A stretch of DNA of 64,000 nt from Alphaproteobacteria bacterium. Its GTDB lineage: Bacteria > Pseudomonadota > Alphaproteobacteria > SP197. Under the pieces are notes generated by a model. The model was not told the DNA's origin and ran no database searches. It worked only from the letters and a program-made list of their open reading frames with translations. Location: contig OZ219747.1 of assembly GCA_964291265.2 (NCBI GenBank), positions 4,096,001 to 4,160,000 of the forward strand. The letters run 5' to 3'. This document shows, in pieces, positions 9,815-20,012 of this stretch. The position numbers and the translations under genes are program-made. Each line of letters opens with the position of its first letter. Positions within the stretch are counted from its first letter, which is position 1.

Positions 9815-11314
9815 ATGCTCACTAGGCTGGAAGTGTCCGGGTTCAAAAACCTTGTGGACATCGACCTGCGGTTTGGCCCCTTCACCTGCATGATCGGACC
9901 GAACGGCTCCGGAAAATCCAATGTGTTCGACGCGATCCGCTTTCTTCACGCATTGTCGGATCACACATTGATGGAGGCGGCAGCCTCGGTGCGCGACCAG
10001 GACAGCCGCACGGCAGATGTGCGCAGCCTCTTTCACAGGTCCGGCGACCGCTATGCCGAACGAATGTGCTTCGCCGCCGAGATGATCGTCCAGGCGCATG
10101 CCGTTGATGACCTGGGACAGGAAGCCAGGGCAAGCATCACGTTCCTGCGCTACTCTCTTGAACTTGCCTACCGCCCGCCAGGAGGTGCCCTGACGCCGGG
10201 ATCCCTGGAAATCATCAAGGAAGAATTGACACACATCCCGCAAGGCGCTGCTGCAAGGCATCTTCCTTTCCCTCACCGGGCGAGGGACTGGCGACGCTCG
10301 GTTGTAAAGGGCCAGCGCCGTGCGCAGTACTTCATTTCCACTGAAGACGAAGCGGAACAAAGGGTCATCAAACTGCATCAGGACGGTGGCAGTCGGGGAC
10401 GTCCGCTGCGTCGCTCTGCGACACATCTTCCCCGCACCGTTCTGTCAGCGGCCAACGCTGCAGAAAGTCCTACGGTCGTGGCAGCACGTCGGGAAATGGA
10501 ATCCTGGCGGATTCTGCAACTGGAACCATCCGCTCTGCGCCAACCCGATGAATTCACCTCTCCAGCGCGCCTGGGGCAGGACGGGCGCCATCTTGCCGCA
10601 ACGGTGCACCGCCTCGCCCGTTCGCCGGCAGCGGAAGAAAGCACAGCCCGGATGGAGGAGCACTCTTCGCGAACCTGCAGCCAGATCGCCATACGATTGA
10701 GCGAACTCATTGACGACGTGCGCGACATCAGCATCGACCGGGACGAGAAACGGGAACTCTTGACACTCACCGCCCTGGACGGTGAAGGAACACGTCATCC
10801 AGCGCGAGCACTGTCAGACGGGACACTGCGTTTCCTGGCCCTCGTGGTGCTGGAAATGGATCCCGAAACCGAAGGTGTTCTCTGCCTCGAGGAGCCGGAG
10901 AACGGAATCCACCCGGCCCGAATTCCGGCCATCCTGAAACTTCTTCTTGATATCGCAGTAGATCCCTTCGAGCCGGCCGGTCCGGACAATCCGATGCGTC
11001 AGGTGATCATCAACACACACTCACCGGCGGTGTTTCAGGAGGTACCGGACGACAGTGTCGTGTTCGTCAAGACAGTGGAAGCCGTGAACACGGGCGAACG
11101 CCTGTTCAGAAAGCCATGTTTCCAATGCCTTTCAGGCACATGGAGGGCAAGGATCAGCGGGCACGTCGACGTTGCGACCAGAGGGGAATTGCTACCGTAT
11201 CTCAGCCCTGCCTTGCGAAGCGAACCGGAGAGGACCCTGCACGGACCACGACGGGTCATCGACCGTGAAGACCTGCCACAGTTTCCCTTTCTTGACCCCA
11301 CGGCCACTCCGTGA
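9815..11314 (+). CDS. ABC-type/AAA_21-like ATPase (candidate defence-system ATPase)
   Basis: MLTRLEVSGFKNL, Walker A GPNGSGKS, signature LSDGTLRFL, Walker B LEEPENGIHP, H-loop NTHSP. Confidence 0.88.
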   Translation: MLTRLEVSGFKNLVDIDLRFGPFTCMIGPNGSGKSNVFDAIRFLHALSDHTLMEAAASVRDQDSRTADVRSLFHRSGDRYAERMCFAAEMIVQAHAVDDLGQEARASITFLRYSLELAYRPPGGALTPGSLEIIKEELTHIPQGAAARHLPFPHRARDWRRSVVKGQRRAQYFISTEDEAEQRVIKLHQDGGSRGRPLRRSATHLPRTVLSAANAAESPTVVAARREMESWRILQLEPSALRQPDEFTSPARLGQDGRHLAATVHRLARSPAAEESTARMEEHSSRTCSQIAIRLSELIDDVRDISIDRDEKRELLTLTALDGEGTRHPARALSDGTLRFLALVVLEMDPETEGVLCLEEPENGIHPARIPAILKLLLDIAVDPFEPAGPDNPMRQVIINTHSPAVFQEVPDDSVVFVKTVEAVNTGERLFRKPCFQCLSGTWRARISGHVDVATRGELLPYLSPALRSEPERTLHGPRRVIDREDLPQFPFLDPTATP

Positions 11315-11323
11315 TCCCTCGCT

Positions 11324-11953
11324 ATGCAGGGTCTTCGCTTTACACTTGTCGCGGACGGACCATCGGACAGGGCACTTCTGCCAATTCTGGTGTGGCTGCT
11401 GCGCCAGCACTATGGTCGCTTTCCCCTGCAACCTCAACTGGCGGACTTGCGCAGCCTGCACCATCCTCCCAAGACTCTTGAAGATCGCATCACGCTGAGT
11501 ATTGATCTTTATCCGTGTGAACTGCTGTTCATTCATCGGGATGCCGAACGAACACCAATCGATCATCGCGCTCAGGAGATCCGCGAAGCACTGAGACAGT
11601 GCCGGCAGGCGACACCCCCCGTAGTGTGTGTGATTCCGGTGCGGATGCAGGAAGCCTGGCTGCTTTTCGATGAGGTCGCGTTGCGCAAGGGAGCCGGGAA
11701 TCCTCAGGGCCGTCAACCCCTGGACATTCCCGATCTGAATGGTCTCGAAGGGGCGCCGAACCCCAAGCAGGTCCTTCATGACCTTCTCAGTCAGGCGTGC
11801 GGCCACAAGGGTCGACGGTTGAAACGATTCAGGAGAGACATGGGACTTCATGTCCATCATGTCGCACGGGAGATCGACGATTTCTCTCCGCTGCGCCGGC
11901 TGGAGGCATTCCGGTATGTCGAGGACCAGGTGAAGGGACTTGACCTGCCATGA
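11324..11953 (+). CDS. DUF4276-like / Toprim-like putative nuclease, partner of the ATPase
   Basis: LVADGPSD, FIHRDAE, IPVRMQEAWLL motifs; 9 bp after the ATPase stop. Confidence 0.7.
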   Translation: MQGLRFTLVADGPSDRALLPILVWLLRQHYGRFPLQPQLADLRSLHHPPKTLEDRITLSIDLYPCELLFIHRDAERTPIDHRAQEIREALRQCRQATPPVVCVIPVRMQEAWLLFDEVALRKGAGNPQGRQPLDIPDLNGLEGAPNPKQVLHDLLSQACGHKGRRLKRFRRDMGLHVHHVAREIDDFSPLRRLEAFRYVEDQVKGLDLP

Positions 11954-12006
11954 CGGAACGGACTGGGATGGAGTAGTGTCGGGAACCCTTGCTCGGAGGA
12001 CAGGCA

Positions 12007-12342
12007 GTGAACCAGGGACAGGATGGTCCGGAATGTGACCTGGCTTTCGACGAGCCGTGGCAGGCCCGCGTCTTTGCCATGGTCAATGCGATGCACGACG
12101 CCGGGCACTATGAATGGCGGGTCTTTCAGGAACTGCTGATCGACGAGATCGCACGTCACGGTGCGGCGGATGGCCACGACTACTACGAGCGCTGGCTTGC
12201 GGCCGCGGAACGGCTCATCATCGCCCGGGGCTTCGGCGACAGGAAGGAACTCGCCAGGATCCGTCGGCACCTGGAAGACCATCCTCCGCCCCCAACGACT
12301 TCGACGGCCGCACCCCTTGCCGTCGATCCGGCGCCAACGTGA
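12007..12342 (+). CDS. Nitrile hydratase accessory protein-like (NHase beta N-terminal domain)
   Basis: FDEPWQARVFAM, W..FQ..LI.EI, YYERWLAAAERL; GGAGGA RBS before GTG. Confidence 0.8.
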   Translation: MNQGQDGPECDLAFDEPWQARVFAMVNAMHDAGHYEWRVFQELLIDEIARHGAADGHDYYERWLAAAERLIIARGFGDRKELARIRRHLEDHPPPPTTSTAAPLAVDPAPT

Positions 12343-12672
12343 GGAGCGTCTGGCTGACCCAGGCGCTGGCAGCGGAAACCGCTGACGGCATCACGCCACT
12401 CGATCGCGATCTCACGGTCGACGTCGCCATCGTCGGCGGCGGCTACACGGGACTGCCATCGAGCTGAAGCGGCGTGATACCTCGCTTGATGTCGCCGTCA
12501 TCGAACGCGATGTGTGCGGCGCCGGCGGGAGCGGCGCGAATGCCGGCTTTGCCCTGCCCATGTGGTTTCAGGTTCCGGCCCTGGAACGCGCCGGTGGCAC
12601 CGATGCCGCCCTCCATGTCGGCAAGGCTTCCATCGACGCCATCGACGACATCCGCGCTCTCGCCTGCAAGCC

Positions 12673-15109
12673 CTGCTTATTAGTCACAAATCGCGCAAAG
12701 CGTGATCGTGTCCTTCCGACGTCGGGTCCAGATCGAGGGCCTCGAGCAGGCATTCATAGGCCAGGGCAGCGGTGGCCAGTCGCGGATAGCCATGCCACAT
12801 CGTCTGGTTGCCCGGCGGCGGATCATGCTTGCGGTCCAGATACCCGCCAAGGATCGCCACCAGCTTCACCGCCGCCCCCAGCGTGTCGGGCGGGTCCAGC
12901 CGGTATCGCCGTGCATAGTCGCCGAGGAAGCGGAGTTCCAGGTCCGAGAACAGGCAGTCGGGCTTCATCGTCGGCACATCCCGCCCGAGCAGGGTCATCA
13001 GGGCAAGACGCCAGGCGATCACGGCGTGGATGGTGATCTGCCGTTCCAGGCGGCAGGCCTTGCGCGTCGCCAGGTGCTCCACCCGACAGCCGGACTTCAG
13101 CACCCGGAGCCAGCATTCGATCCGCCAGCGCAGCGCGTACCAGCCGACGATCTCCCGGGCCGCTTCGGCGTGGTCCACCGGAAGGTCGGTCAACAGGAAC
13201 CATTCCACCGGAGCTTCCCCGGCCGGCGGGGCCGTCTCGAGGAGATGCAGCGCGGTCACGGCCACGGGCGCGGCATCGGGGCAGCCGGCAGTCGCCGGCA
13301 GCGTGGTCGACAACCAGCGCAGTTCCAGCACCGCGTTCCGCCGGGCAGTGCGGCCGGGCTGCTTCTGGCGCCCCGAGGACTTCGGCCGGGCCGTCAGGCG
13401 GGGTATGTCGATCTGCATGGTGCCGCGGCAGGCAGACGTACGTAGTCGGGTGAACAGCTTCGCAGCCCCGCGCTTGAGGACCCGGTCATGTCGAGCTCGC
13501 ACCAGCATCGACAGACGGCGATGCTGCCGGCACCGGTCGAACAGTTCGAAGAAGTCCGCTTCCCGGTCCATCACGCACACGACCTTCACCCCGGTCGTCC
13601 GGGCCGCGAGGTCCGCGATGTCGTCGAGACCGTCTAGCCAGCGCTGCGACTTGCGCCGGGACATCTCGATATCCTCGCCCGAACCGGTCTTCGCCCGGGG
13701 GCGCACAGGTGCGTCGAAGGCAAGACGCGCCACCCCCAGCGGCAGGCCTTCGCCGCTGACAACGTAGCTGGCGTGCAGGTGCAGGCCCAGGGTCTGCGAG
13801 GCCGTCTGGTTCGTGCCGATGATGCCCAGACCGTCGCAGCCCGGACGGGTCGCGAAGTTCAGGTCCGTCCCGTCCTGAAGGCACAACGCCACCCGCTGGC
13901 CGCGCATCCGCTGCACCGTTCGCTGACGGTGCGGCGCCAGGATGTTCGCCGGGGTCACCGCCGACGTCTCCGGCTGATCCAGGAACCGATAACAGGCCCG
14001 GACACCAGCGGGATCCGGGCGCGCCAGACCGCTGTAGGACGACATCGGACTCTCTCCCTGTCTTCGTGCAATCTCCACCAGGCGCGCACTCAGACGCCGG
14101 TCGCCGATCGGCGCTCCCCCGAACTCGTGGTGCGCCCACGCCGAGGCGTCCAGACCCTCCCCCGGGGACAGGGCCGGCATCGGCTCCGCCACCCCCAGCT
14201 TGTGCCGCCAGTCCCGGTCCAGAACGTACATGTGTACATGTACACGGCCTTGACGCTCTCGGCCATCTCGCGCGCGCGGTCCTGGCGGCCTCGGCCCCGG
14301 GTGAACCCCACGAGCTGCCAGTTCGCCGCCCGCAGGCTCGCACCGTCGCGCGTCGGGTCGACATAGGTCTCGACCAGCCAGGGCAGGAACCCGTAGCGCT
14401 GCGCAACATCGGCGCCCAGGCGAGACAGGCACATCGACAGCGTCTTCGACGCAAGGTTCGCAACCGGCACCCGGATCAGAAACCGGCTCATCGACAGCAC
14501 CCGGTGTCGTTCCGCACGACGCCGGTCGGCATCCCAGCCGATCCAGGCATCCCGATCCGCCACCTTCAGCGCCGCTGCGGCAAAGCCGAAACCGCCGAGA
14601 CAGCCGTGAGCGGAATCCACCAGATAGCGCAGCTGATGACCGGCCAGAATGGGAGCGCCGAGAAAGTGCTCCCGCGCCATCAGTTCGTTCCAGTACGCCC
14701 GTTCGGCATCCGTGCGCACCAGCAGGATCCGCAGACCCTGGATCGCCGCCACGCTCGCCGGCACATCACGCGGCTTCTCCACCGCCTCGCCGAGCCGGCG
14801 GGGCGGTGCCCGACGCCGCTGACCGGAGGGCTCCGGCAAGCCCTCGATCCTGCCCTGCGATGCCAGCTGCTTCAGGGCCACGACACAGCTCGATACCCGC
14901 TCGCGTCCCCGTGCGTCCCGCAGGCCGAAGTGCCGGCACACTTCCAGCGCCAGGCGGTTTTGACTACTATCGCCGCTCTCGGTGACGATCGACTGCAAGC
15001 GATCGAGCTGGTCCTCGAGGACGCGTTTGATCGGAATGTGTGCTTCCATGCAGGGCAGGGTGCACCATCCGAATCATCTTGTCCAGCACGATTTATGACT
15101 AAAGGACAG
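12673..15109 (-). mobile_element. IS4-family (IS50/Tn5-like) insertion sequence
   Basis: Imperfect TIR CTGCTTATTAGTCACAAATCG versus CTGTCCTTTAGTCATAAATCG; 8-bp TSD TGCAAGCC at 12665-12672 and 15110-15117. Confidence 0.92.
12684..15049 (-). pseudogene. DUF4338-IS4 transposase fusion frameshifted by an 8-bp tandem duplication
   Basis: N part: WNELMAREHFLG, SRFLI, NLASK, ETYVD, AANWQLVG..RGRGRQD; C part: QDGTDLNF, MDREADFFE, YALRWRIE..RVLKSGC; GTACATGT duplicated at 14226-14241. Confidence 0.85.
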
Positions 15110-16130
15110 TGCAAGCCGGACAACGACATCGCCATGAGTTCCGCGCCGACAGTCTGGGCGGCGACCTGCCAACAACAGTCAGGTCACTGGGACGACATGC
15201 TGGAGCAGATGGAATCCCGGCAGATCCACAGCTTCCGCCTTCTCGAGGCTGACGACATCCGATCGCTGACAGGCAGCGATGCCCTTGTTGCCGGTGTCGT
15301 CGACACCGCGAGCGCGACCCTTCACCCGGGCCATCTGGTCCGTGCCCTGAGACGCGAAGCCCTCTCCCTGGAGGTCCGCGTTCTCGAGAAGACGGCGATG
15401 ACACGCTTGCAGCGATCGAGTGCGCCCGCCGTCGTCACCCGCCGCGGCACCCTCACTGCACGCAAGGTCGTCCTGGCCCTCTACGGGTGGTCGCTCTCCT
15501 TGCCGGAGGTCAGGCCTGCCCTCATGGTGATGATGACCGATGCGGCGATGACGGTGCCCGTTCCGGACCTCCTCGACTCCCTCGGCGTTGCCGATGCATC
15601 GGGATTCACGGATTCGCGGACCTTCATCGAATCCTGCCGGCCGACGGCGGACGGGCGCGTTGTCGTCACCAAGTCGGGCGCTGCCCTTCCCTTCGGAGAC
15701 CGGATCGATGCCTCCCTCGAGCGAACGCGCCGCAGCACCCGGGAGCTGTGCGCCATCATGGCCGCCAATCATCCGGCGCTTGCCGACGTCGCCATGGAGG
15801 GGACCTGGTGCGGTCCCATCGACAGGTCCCGTGACGGACTTCCCATGTTCGGACATCTCGGATCATCGCCCGACATCGTGTTCGGTTGCGGTTATTCCGG
15901 CGCCGGTATCGTGCCGTCGCGGGTCGGCAGCCGCATCCTCGCCTCGCTGGTTCAGGAAAAGGACGACGCATGGAGCCGCTCGCCCCTGGTGAGGCAACCG
16001 GAACGTGCCTTTCCCCGGGAGCCCTTCCGCTGGATCGGCGGCTACGCGGTGCGCGCTGCCATCGAACGCAAGGACCGTCTCGATCACGAGGGGCTGAAAC
16101 CGGGACCGCTGACCCGTTTCTGGCTGCGCT

Positions 16131-17096
16131 TCAAGCCGGCGAACTACAAGCCTGCCTGAGCCATGTCTCGAGTTCCTGGCGCCTTGTCTCCTCGGCAATG
16201 GCGACGAGAACCGGTGACGTCACGCTCCTGGGCCATGTCTTCAGCACCCGCGGCCGATGGAAGAGATGCTGGACACCGTCTATTGCGACCGGACCCGCCT
16301 CGCCCTCGACATCGAGCAGGCCCTTGAGCCGCAACAGGCGTTCGCCATGGCGCGCCACCAGGGATCCGACTGCGCTCTCCACCTCAGGCCAAGTCAGCGG
16401 CCGGATGTTCTTCCACGTCACCGAAACGATGGACCCGTGGGCGTCCCCGCACGGCATGTCGTCGAGGTTCATGGCAATTGGCTGGCCCAGAACGTCCCGG
16501 GGGTCCGTCCTCCCCATGCGCGCCTCGACCATCCGGGCACGGCCGTTGCGGCGTCTCGCCTGGTCCATGGCGTCGCTGGAGGACGCCAGATCACCCTTGG
16601 TGATGACGATGGTATCGGCGAGCGCCAGCTGTCGTCCGGCATTGCGGTGGCGGTTGATGGAGACCAAACCGTTCACGGCATCGAGGCAGGTCACCACGCC
16701 CCCGGGCTCGAAGAGGGAGAGTCTCAGGGGATCGGTGATGAAGGTCTGCAGCAACGGCACCGGATCGGCCAGGCCCGAGGTCTCGACAACGACCCGCCGG
16801 AAGTCTGGCACCTCGCCCCGCTCGCGCCGGGAGAGGAGATCGAGGAGGGTGGAGACGAGATCGCTTCTCAGACCACAGCACAGACAGCCGTTCTCAAGCA
16901 GGAGGATGCTGTCCTCGCTTGTCTCGACGAGCACGTGGTCGAGACCGGTCTCGCCGAATTCGTTGATGATCACCGCCGTGTCGGCAAATTCGGGCGCATG
17001 CAGCAGATGCCGCAGCAGGGTGGTCTTGCCGCTACCCAGGAACCCCGTCACCACGATGACCGGCAGTTTCCTGGCATCGGGCACGATGACGGTCAC
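16131..17096 (-). CDS. CobW/COG0523 GTP-binding metallochaperone
   Basis: GFLGSGKTT, INEFGE, NGCLCC, ETSGLADP, LLRLKG. Confidence 0.9.
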   Translation of the reverse strand: MTVIVPDARKLPVIVVTGFLGSGKTTLLRHLLHAPEFADTAVIINEFGETGLDHVLVETSEDSILLLENGCLCCGLRSDLVSTLLDLLSRRERGEVPDFRRVVVETSGLADPVPLLQTFITDPLRLSLFEPGGVVTCLDAVNGLVSINRHRNAGRQLALADTIVITKGDLASSSDAMDQARRRNGRARMVEARMGRTDPRDVLGQPIAMNLDDMPCGDAHGSIVSVTWKNIRPLTWPEVESAVGSLVARHGERLLRLKGLLDVEGEAGPVAIDGVQHLFHRPRVLKTWPRSVTSPVLVAIAEETRRQELETWLRQACSSPA

Positions 17097-18499
17097 GGGT
17101 CGACCCGGTCGCACCCCGACCAGGTGCCGTCCCAGAAGGTTTCGGGGCGCGTCGTCATCACCTCGAACCCTCCGCAGCGCGGTTCGGTGATGACGTACCC
17201 TTGGGTCCTGCGGGCCCGCTCCCGCTTCGCGGCCTCGATCTGGCCCGGTTCTTCAAGCAGGTCGATCGCTGCCATGGTGATCGATTGCCCGGCAAAGGAC
17301 GCACCCCTGAACTGGCTGGCGTGACCCGAGGCCGAGGTCATCGCCCAGTTGTGAAGCAGGACTCCCCCGGGACAGGACCAGTTGGCCCGTGCCAGGGGTA
17401 TGGACCAGCTCGCTTCGCCGTCGTCCTGGCCATAGGGATCGCAACCCTCCGTGTGCAAGGCGATGTCGCGGTCCCAGGCGAAGTCCGCTTCAGGACTGCA
17501 GGCCGCCGCAAGGGACCGCATGTAGGCGGTATCCCCGTCATCCCAAGCCGGCGGTCCGATCTCCTGCATGTTGCGGAACAGGACCTCGCCCAACGCATGG
17601 TTCGCCAGGTAGCCCCTGGACGCCGAGATCAGCATGTCCACGACCAGAGTGTGCGTGTGGCGGGCGCAGTCACGGGCCAGGGGAACGAGTTGGTGGGCAA
17701 CGTCCTGGGCTCTCTCGAAGGATTCGTGCCGCACGGTGATCCACAGGCGCGCCTCGTCGGGCGTGATCGACGGCATGTAACCGGCAAAGCGCAGGACATG
17801 GCCGATCACGGCATCGCCGAACTGGTGGGCGCGCAGACGCTCCATCGACTGCACGAAGAGTTCCGCACCGTCGAGCGCATTGCCCGAACGCCGCGCCCCT
17901 CCATGGGAAGCTCTGCCCTCGAACAGGAGTTCGAACGACACGCAGGAAAGGCAGGGTCTGGAAACGGCGCCGTTCTGATAGTCGGCATGGTTGGCAAACA
18001 GCATGTCGATGCCCTCGAAGGCGCCACGACGCAGCATCGCGATCTTGCCCCAGAGGATTTCCTCGGCCGGCGTGCCAAGGCAGACGATGGTGCCCTCGAG
18101 TCCGCATTCTTCCATGGCATGGCGCGCGGCGATGGCGCTGCCGGCGCCGGTGCCGGCAATCAGGTTGTGGCCGCAGGCATGACCTGCCCGCTTGCCGTCA
18201 GGCGCCCTGAGAGGTTCGAGACGGTTGCCCTGGCCGGGGAGCGCGTCGTACTCCGCCAGAAACCCAAGCCGCGGCCCGTCGCCGGACGACCAGACCGCAC
18301 GAAAGGCCGTGGGCATGCCGCACACGCCGCGCTCGACACTGAAACCGTGGTCGGCGAGCCAGGCCGAGAGCCATGCTTCGGCGTTGTACTCCATCATGCC
18401 GAGTTCCGGTTCATCCCAGATGCGGCGGTAGATGGACCATGCCTCGGGCTCGACCGTCACCCAGGCATCAGCTGCTGCCTGCCGGGTTGCTGTCATCAT
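17093..18499 (-). CDS. M20-family amidohydrolase (AbgB-like)
   Basis: PELG..EY, AEYDALPG, GHACGHNL, GTPAEE, NALDGAEL. Confidence 0.85.
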   Translation of the reverse strand: MMTATRQAAADAWVTVEPEAWSIYRRIWDEPELGMMEYNAEAWLSAWLADHGFSVERGVCGMPTAFRAVWSSGDGPRLGFLAEYDALPGQGNRLEPLRAPDGKRAGHACGHNLIAGTGAGSAIAARHAMEECGLEGTIVCLGTPAEEILWGKIAMLRRGAFEGIDMLFANHADYQNGAVSRPCLSCVSFELLFEGRASHGGARRSGNALDGAELFVQSMERLRAHQFGDAVIGHVLRFAGYMPSITPDEARLWITVRHESFERAQDVAHQLVPLARDCARHTHTLVVDMLISASRGYLANHALGEVLFRNMQEIGPPAWDDGDTAYMRSLAAACSPEADFAWDRDIALHTEGCDPYGQDDGEASWSIPLARANWSCPGGVLLHNWAMTSASGHASQFRGASFAGQSITMAAIDLLEEPGQIEAAKRERARRTQGYVITEPRCGGFEVMTTRPETFWDGTWSGCDRVDP

Positions 18500-19257
18500 C
18501 CTGCCGTGTAGCCACCGTCCACGACCATCTCCGCTCCCGTCACGAACGACGACTCGTCGCTGGCAAGGTAGACCACCATGCCGGCAACGTCGTCCGCAAC
18601 GCCCATGCGGCCGACCACGTGCTTGTCGACGAGGCGCCGAAACTCCTCGTCACCCAGGGACTCCCTCACCGAGAGGCCAAGGGGCGTGGCAATGTAGCCC
18701 GGACAGATGGCATTGCAGCGGATGTTGTATCCCTGGCGACCGCAATGGACGGCAATCGACTTCGTGAGAAGACGCACCGCGCCCTTGCTGGCACAGTAGG
18801 AGAGGGCGTCGGCCGAACCCCTGAGACCGAGGACCGACGAGATGTTGATGAGGGAACCGCCCCCCGCCAGTTTCATGCAGGCGACCGCCTGCTGGCACCC
18901 CATGAAGGTGCCGTGAAGATTGACGGCCATGAGCCTGTCCCAGCCTTCTTCCTCGAGTACGGCGATATTGTCGTTCCGGACACCGATTCCGGCGCAGTTG
19001 ACCAGAACCTGCAGTTTGCCGAATCGCTCCAGTGTCACGGCAACGGTGGCGCGCCACGAGTCCTCTTGCGTGACATCGTGGTGGAAACTGAAGCCGCGCC
19101 CGGCCATCAGGGCGAGTGTCTCGGCCAAGCCCTTGTCATCGATGTCGGTGATGCACACCAGCGCCCCTTCCTCAGCCATTCGGATGGCACTCTGGCGCCC
19201 GATTCCGGAGGCGGCTCCGGTGACAAGCGCCGTCTTGTGGCGGAGTCGGCGTGTCAT
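18496..19257 (-). CDS. Short-chain dehydrogenase/reductase
   Basis: TGAASGIG, NCAGI, YCASK, PGYIATP. Confidence 0.92.
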   Translation of the reverse strand: MTRRLRHKTALVTGAASGIGRQSAIRMAEEGALVCITDIDDKGLAETLALMAGRGFSFHHDVTQEDSWRATVAVTLERFGKLQVLVNCAGIGVRNDNIAVLEEEGWDRLMAVNLHGTFMGCQQAVACMKLAGGGSLINISSVLGLRGSADALSYCASKGAVRLLTKSIAVHCGRQGYNIRCNAICPGYIATPLGLSVRESLGDEEFRRLVDKHVVGRMGVADDVAGMVVYLASDESSFVTGAEMVVDGGYTAG

Positions 19258-20012
19258 TCCACCGTCCCCCCGCCGTCGATGACGAGTTCCGCACCGTCGA
19301 CAAGCCGGGACTCATCGCTCGCCAGGAAGACGATGAGATGGCCGACGTCGTCGGGATGCCCCGTCACACCCTGCGGCGTGTAACTGTCCCACAGGGCGCG
19401 TTCGGCCACCGGATCATCGGACTCGGCGATGTAGTTCGCCACCATGGGCGTTTCGATGACACCCGGATGGACGGAGTTGCAGCGGATGCCGAGGCCATGG
19501 CGGGTCGCGTGGTCAGCGATCGCCTTGGTCAGCAACCTGACACCCCCCTTGCTGGCATCGTAGGCGCACAGGTCCTGATCGCCGAAGATGCCGGAGACCG
19601 AAGAGAGATTGACGATGACACCTCCGGCGCCCTGCATGTGCCGCACCGCTTCCCTAGCGCCCAGCCACGTGCCGCGGAGATTGACGTTGAGCACCTCATG
19701 CCATGTCGTCAGTGTGGTCGTCTCGATGGTGCCCCGACGCAGGATTCCTGCACAGTTCACCAGCACGTCCCAGCCCCCGAGACGTGCAACGGTGGCGGCG
19801 ACGGCAGCGGACCAGGAGTCGGCGCTGCAGACATCCAGAAAGGTCGACGAAGCCCTCTTGCCGATTGCGCCAGCCACGTGCGCGGCGCCGGTTTCATCGA
19901 GATCCGCCAGCATGACCCTGGCGCCTTCGCCAGCGAGAAGGCGGGCTGTTGCCGCACCGATGCCCGAAGCGGCACCGGTCACGAGCGCCCGCTTGCCGTC
20001 ACAGCGTCCCAT
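19254..20012 (-). CDS. Short-chain dehydrogenase/reductase
   Basis: TGAASGIG, NCAGI, YDASK, HPGVIETP. Confidence 0.92.
   Translation of the reverse strand: MGRCDGKRALVTGAASGIGAATARLLAGEGARVMLADLDETGAAHVAGAIGKRASSTFLDVCSADSWSAAVAATVARLGGWDVLVNCAGILRRGTIETTTLTTWHEVLNVNLRGTWLGAREAVRHMQGAGGVIVNLSSVSGIFGDQDLCAYDASKGGVRLLTKAIADHATRHGLGIRCNSVHPGVIETPMVANYIAESDDPVAERALWDSYTPQGVTGHPDDVGHLIVFLASDESRLVDGAELVIDGGGTVE

Larger units (their letters stand above)
12339..16159 (+). pseudogene. FAD-dependent oxidoreductase (DAO/PuuB-like), frameshifted near 12455 and interrupted by the IS4 element
   Basis: DVAIVGGGYTGL then frame change to IELKRRD..GGSGANAG; continues in frame across the TSD (IRALACKPDNDI) to LHPGHLVRAL, WCGPID, GYSGAGI. 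Confidence 0.85.

Noticed and set aside
14066-16159. 697-aa ORF as a novel fusion protein
   Set aside because: It is antisense IS4 sequence read in frame into the 3' part of the disrupted FAD oxidoreductase
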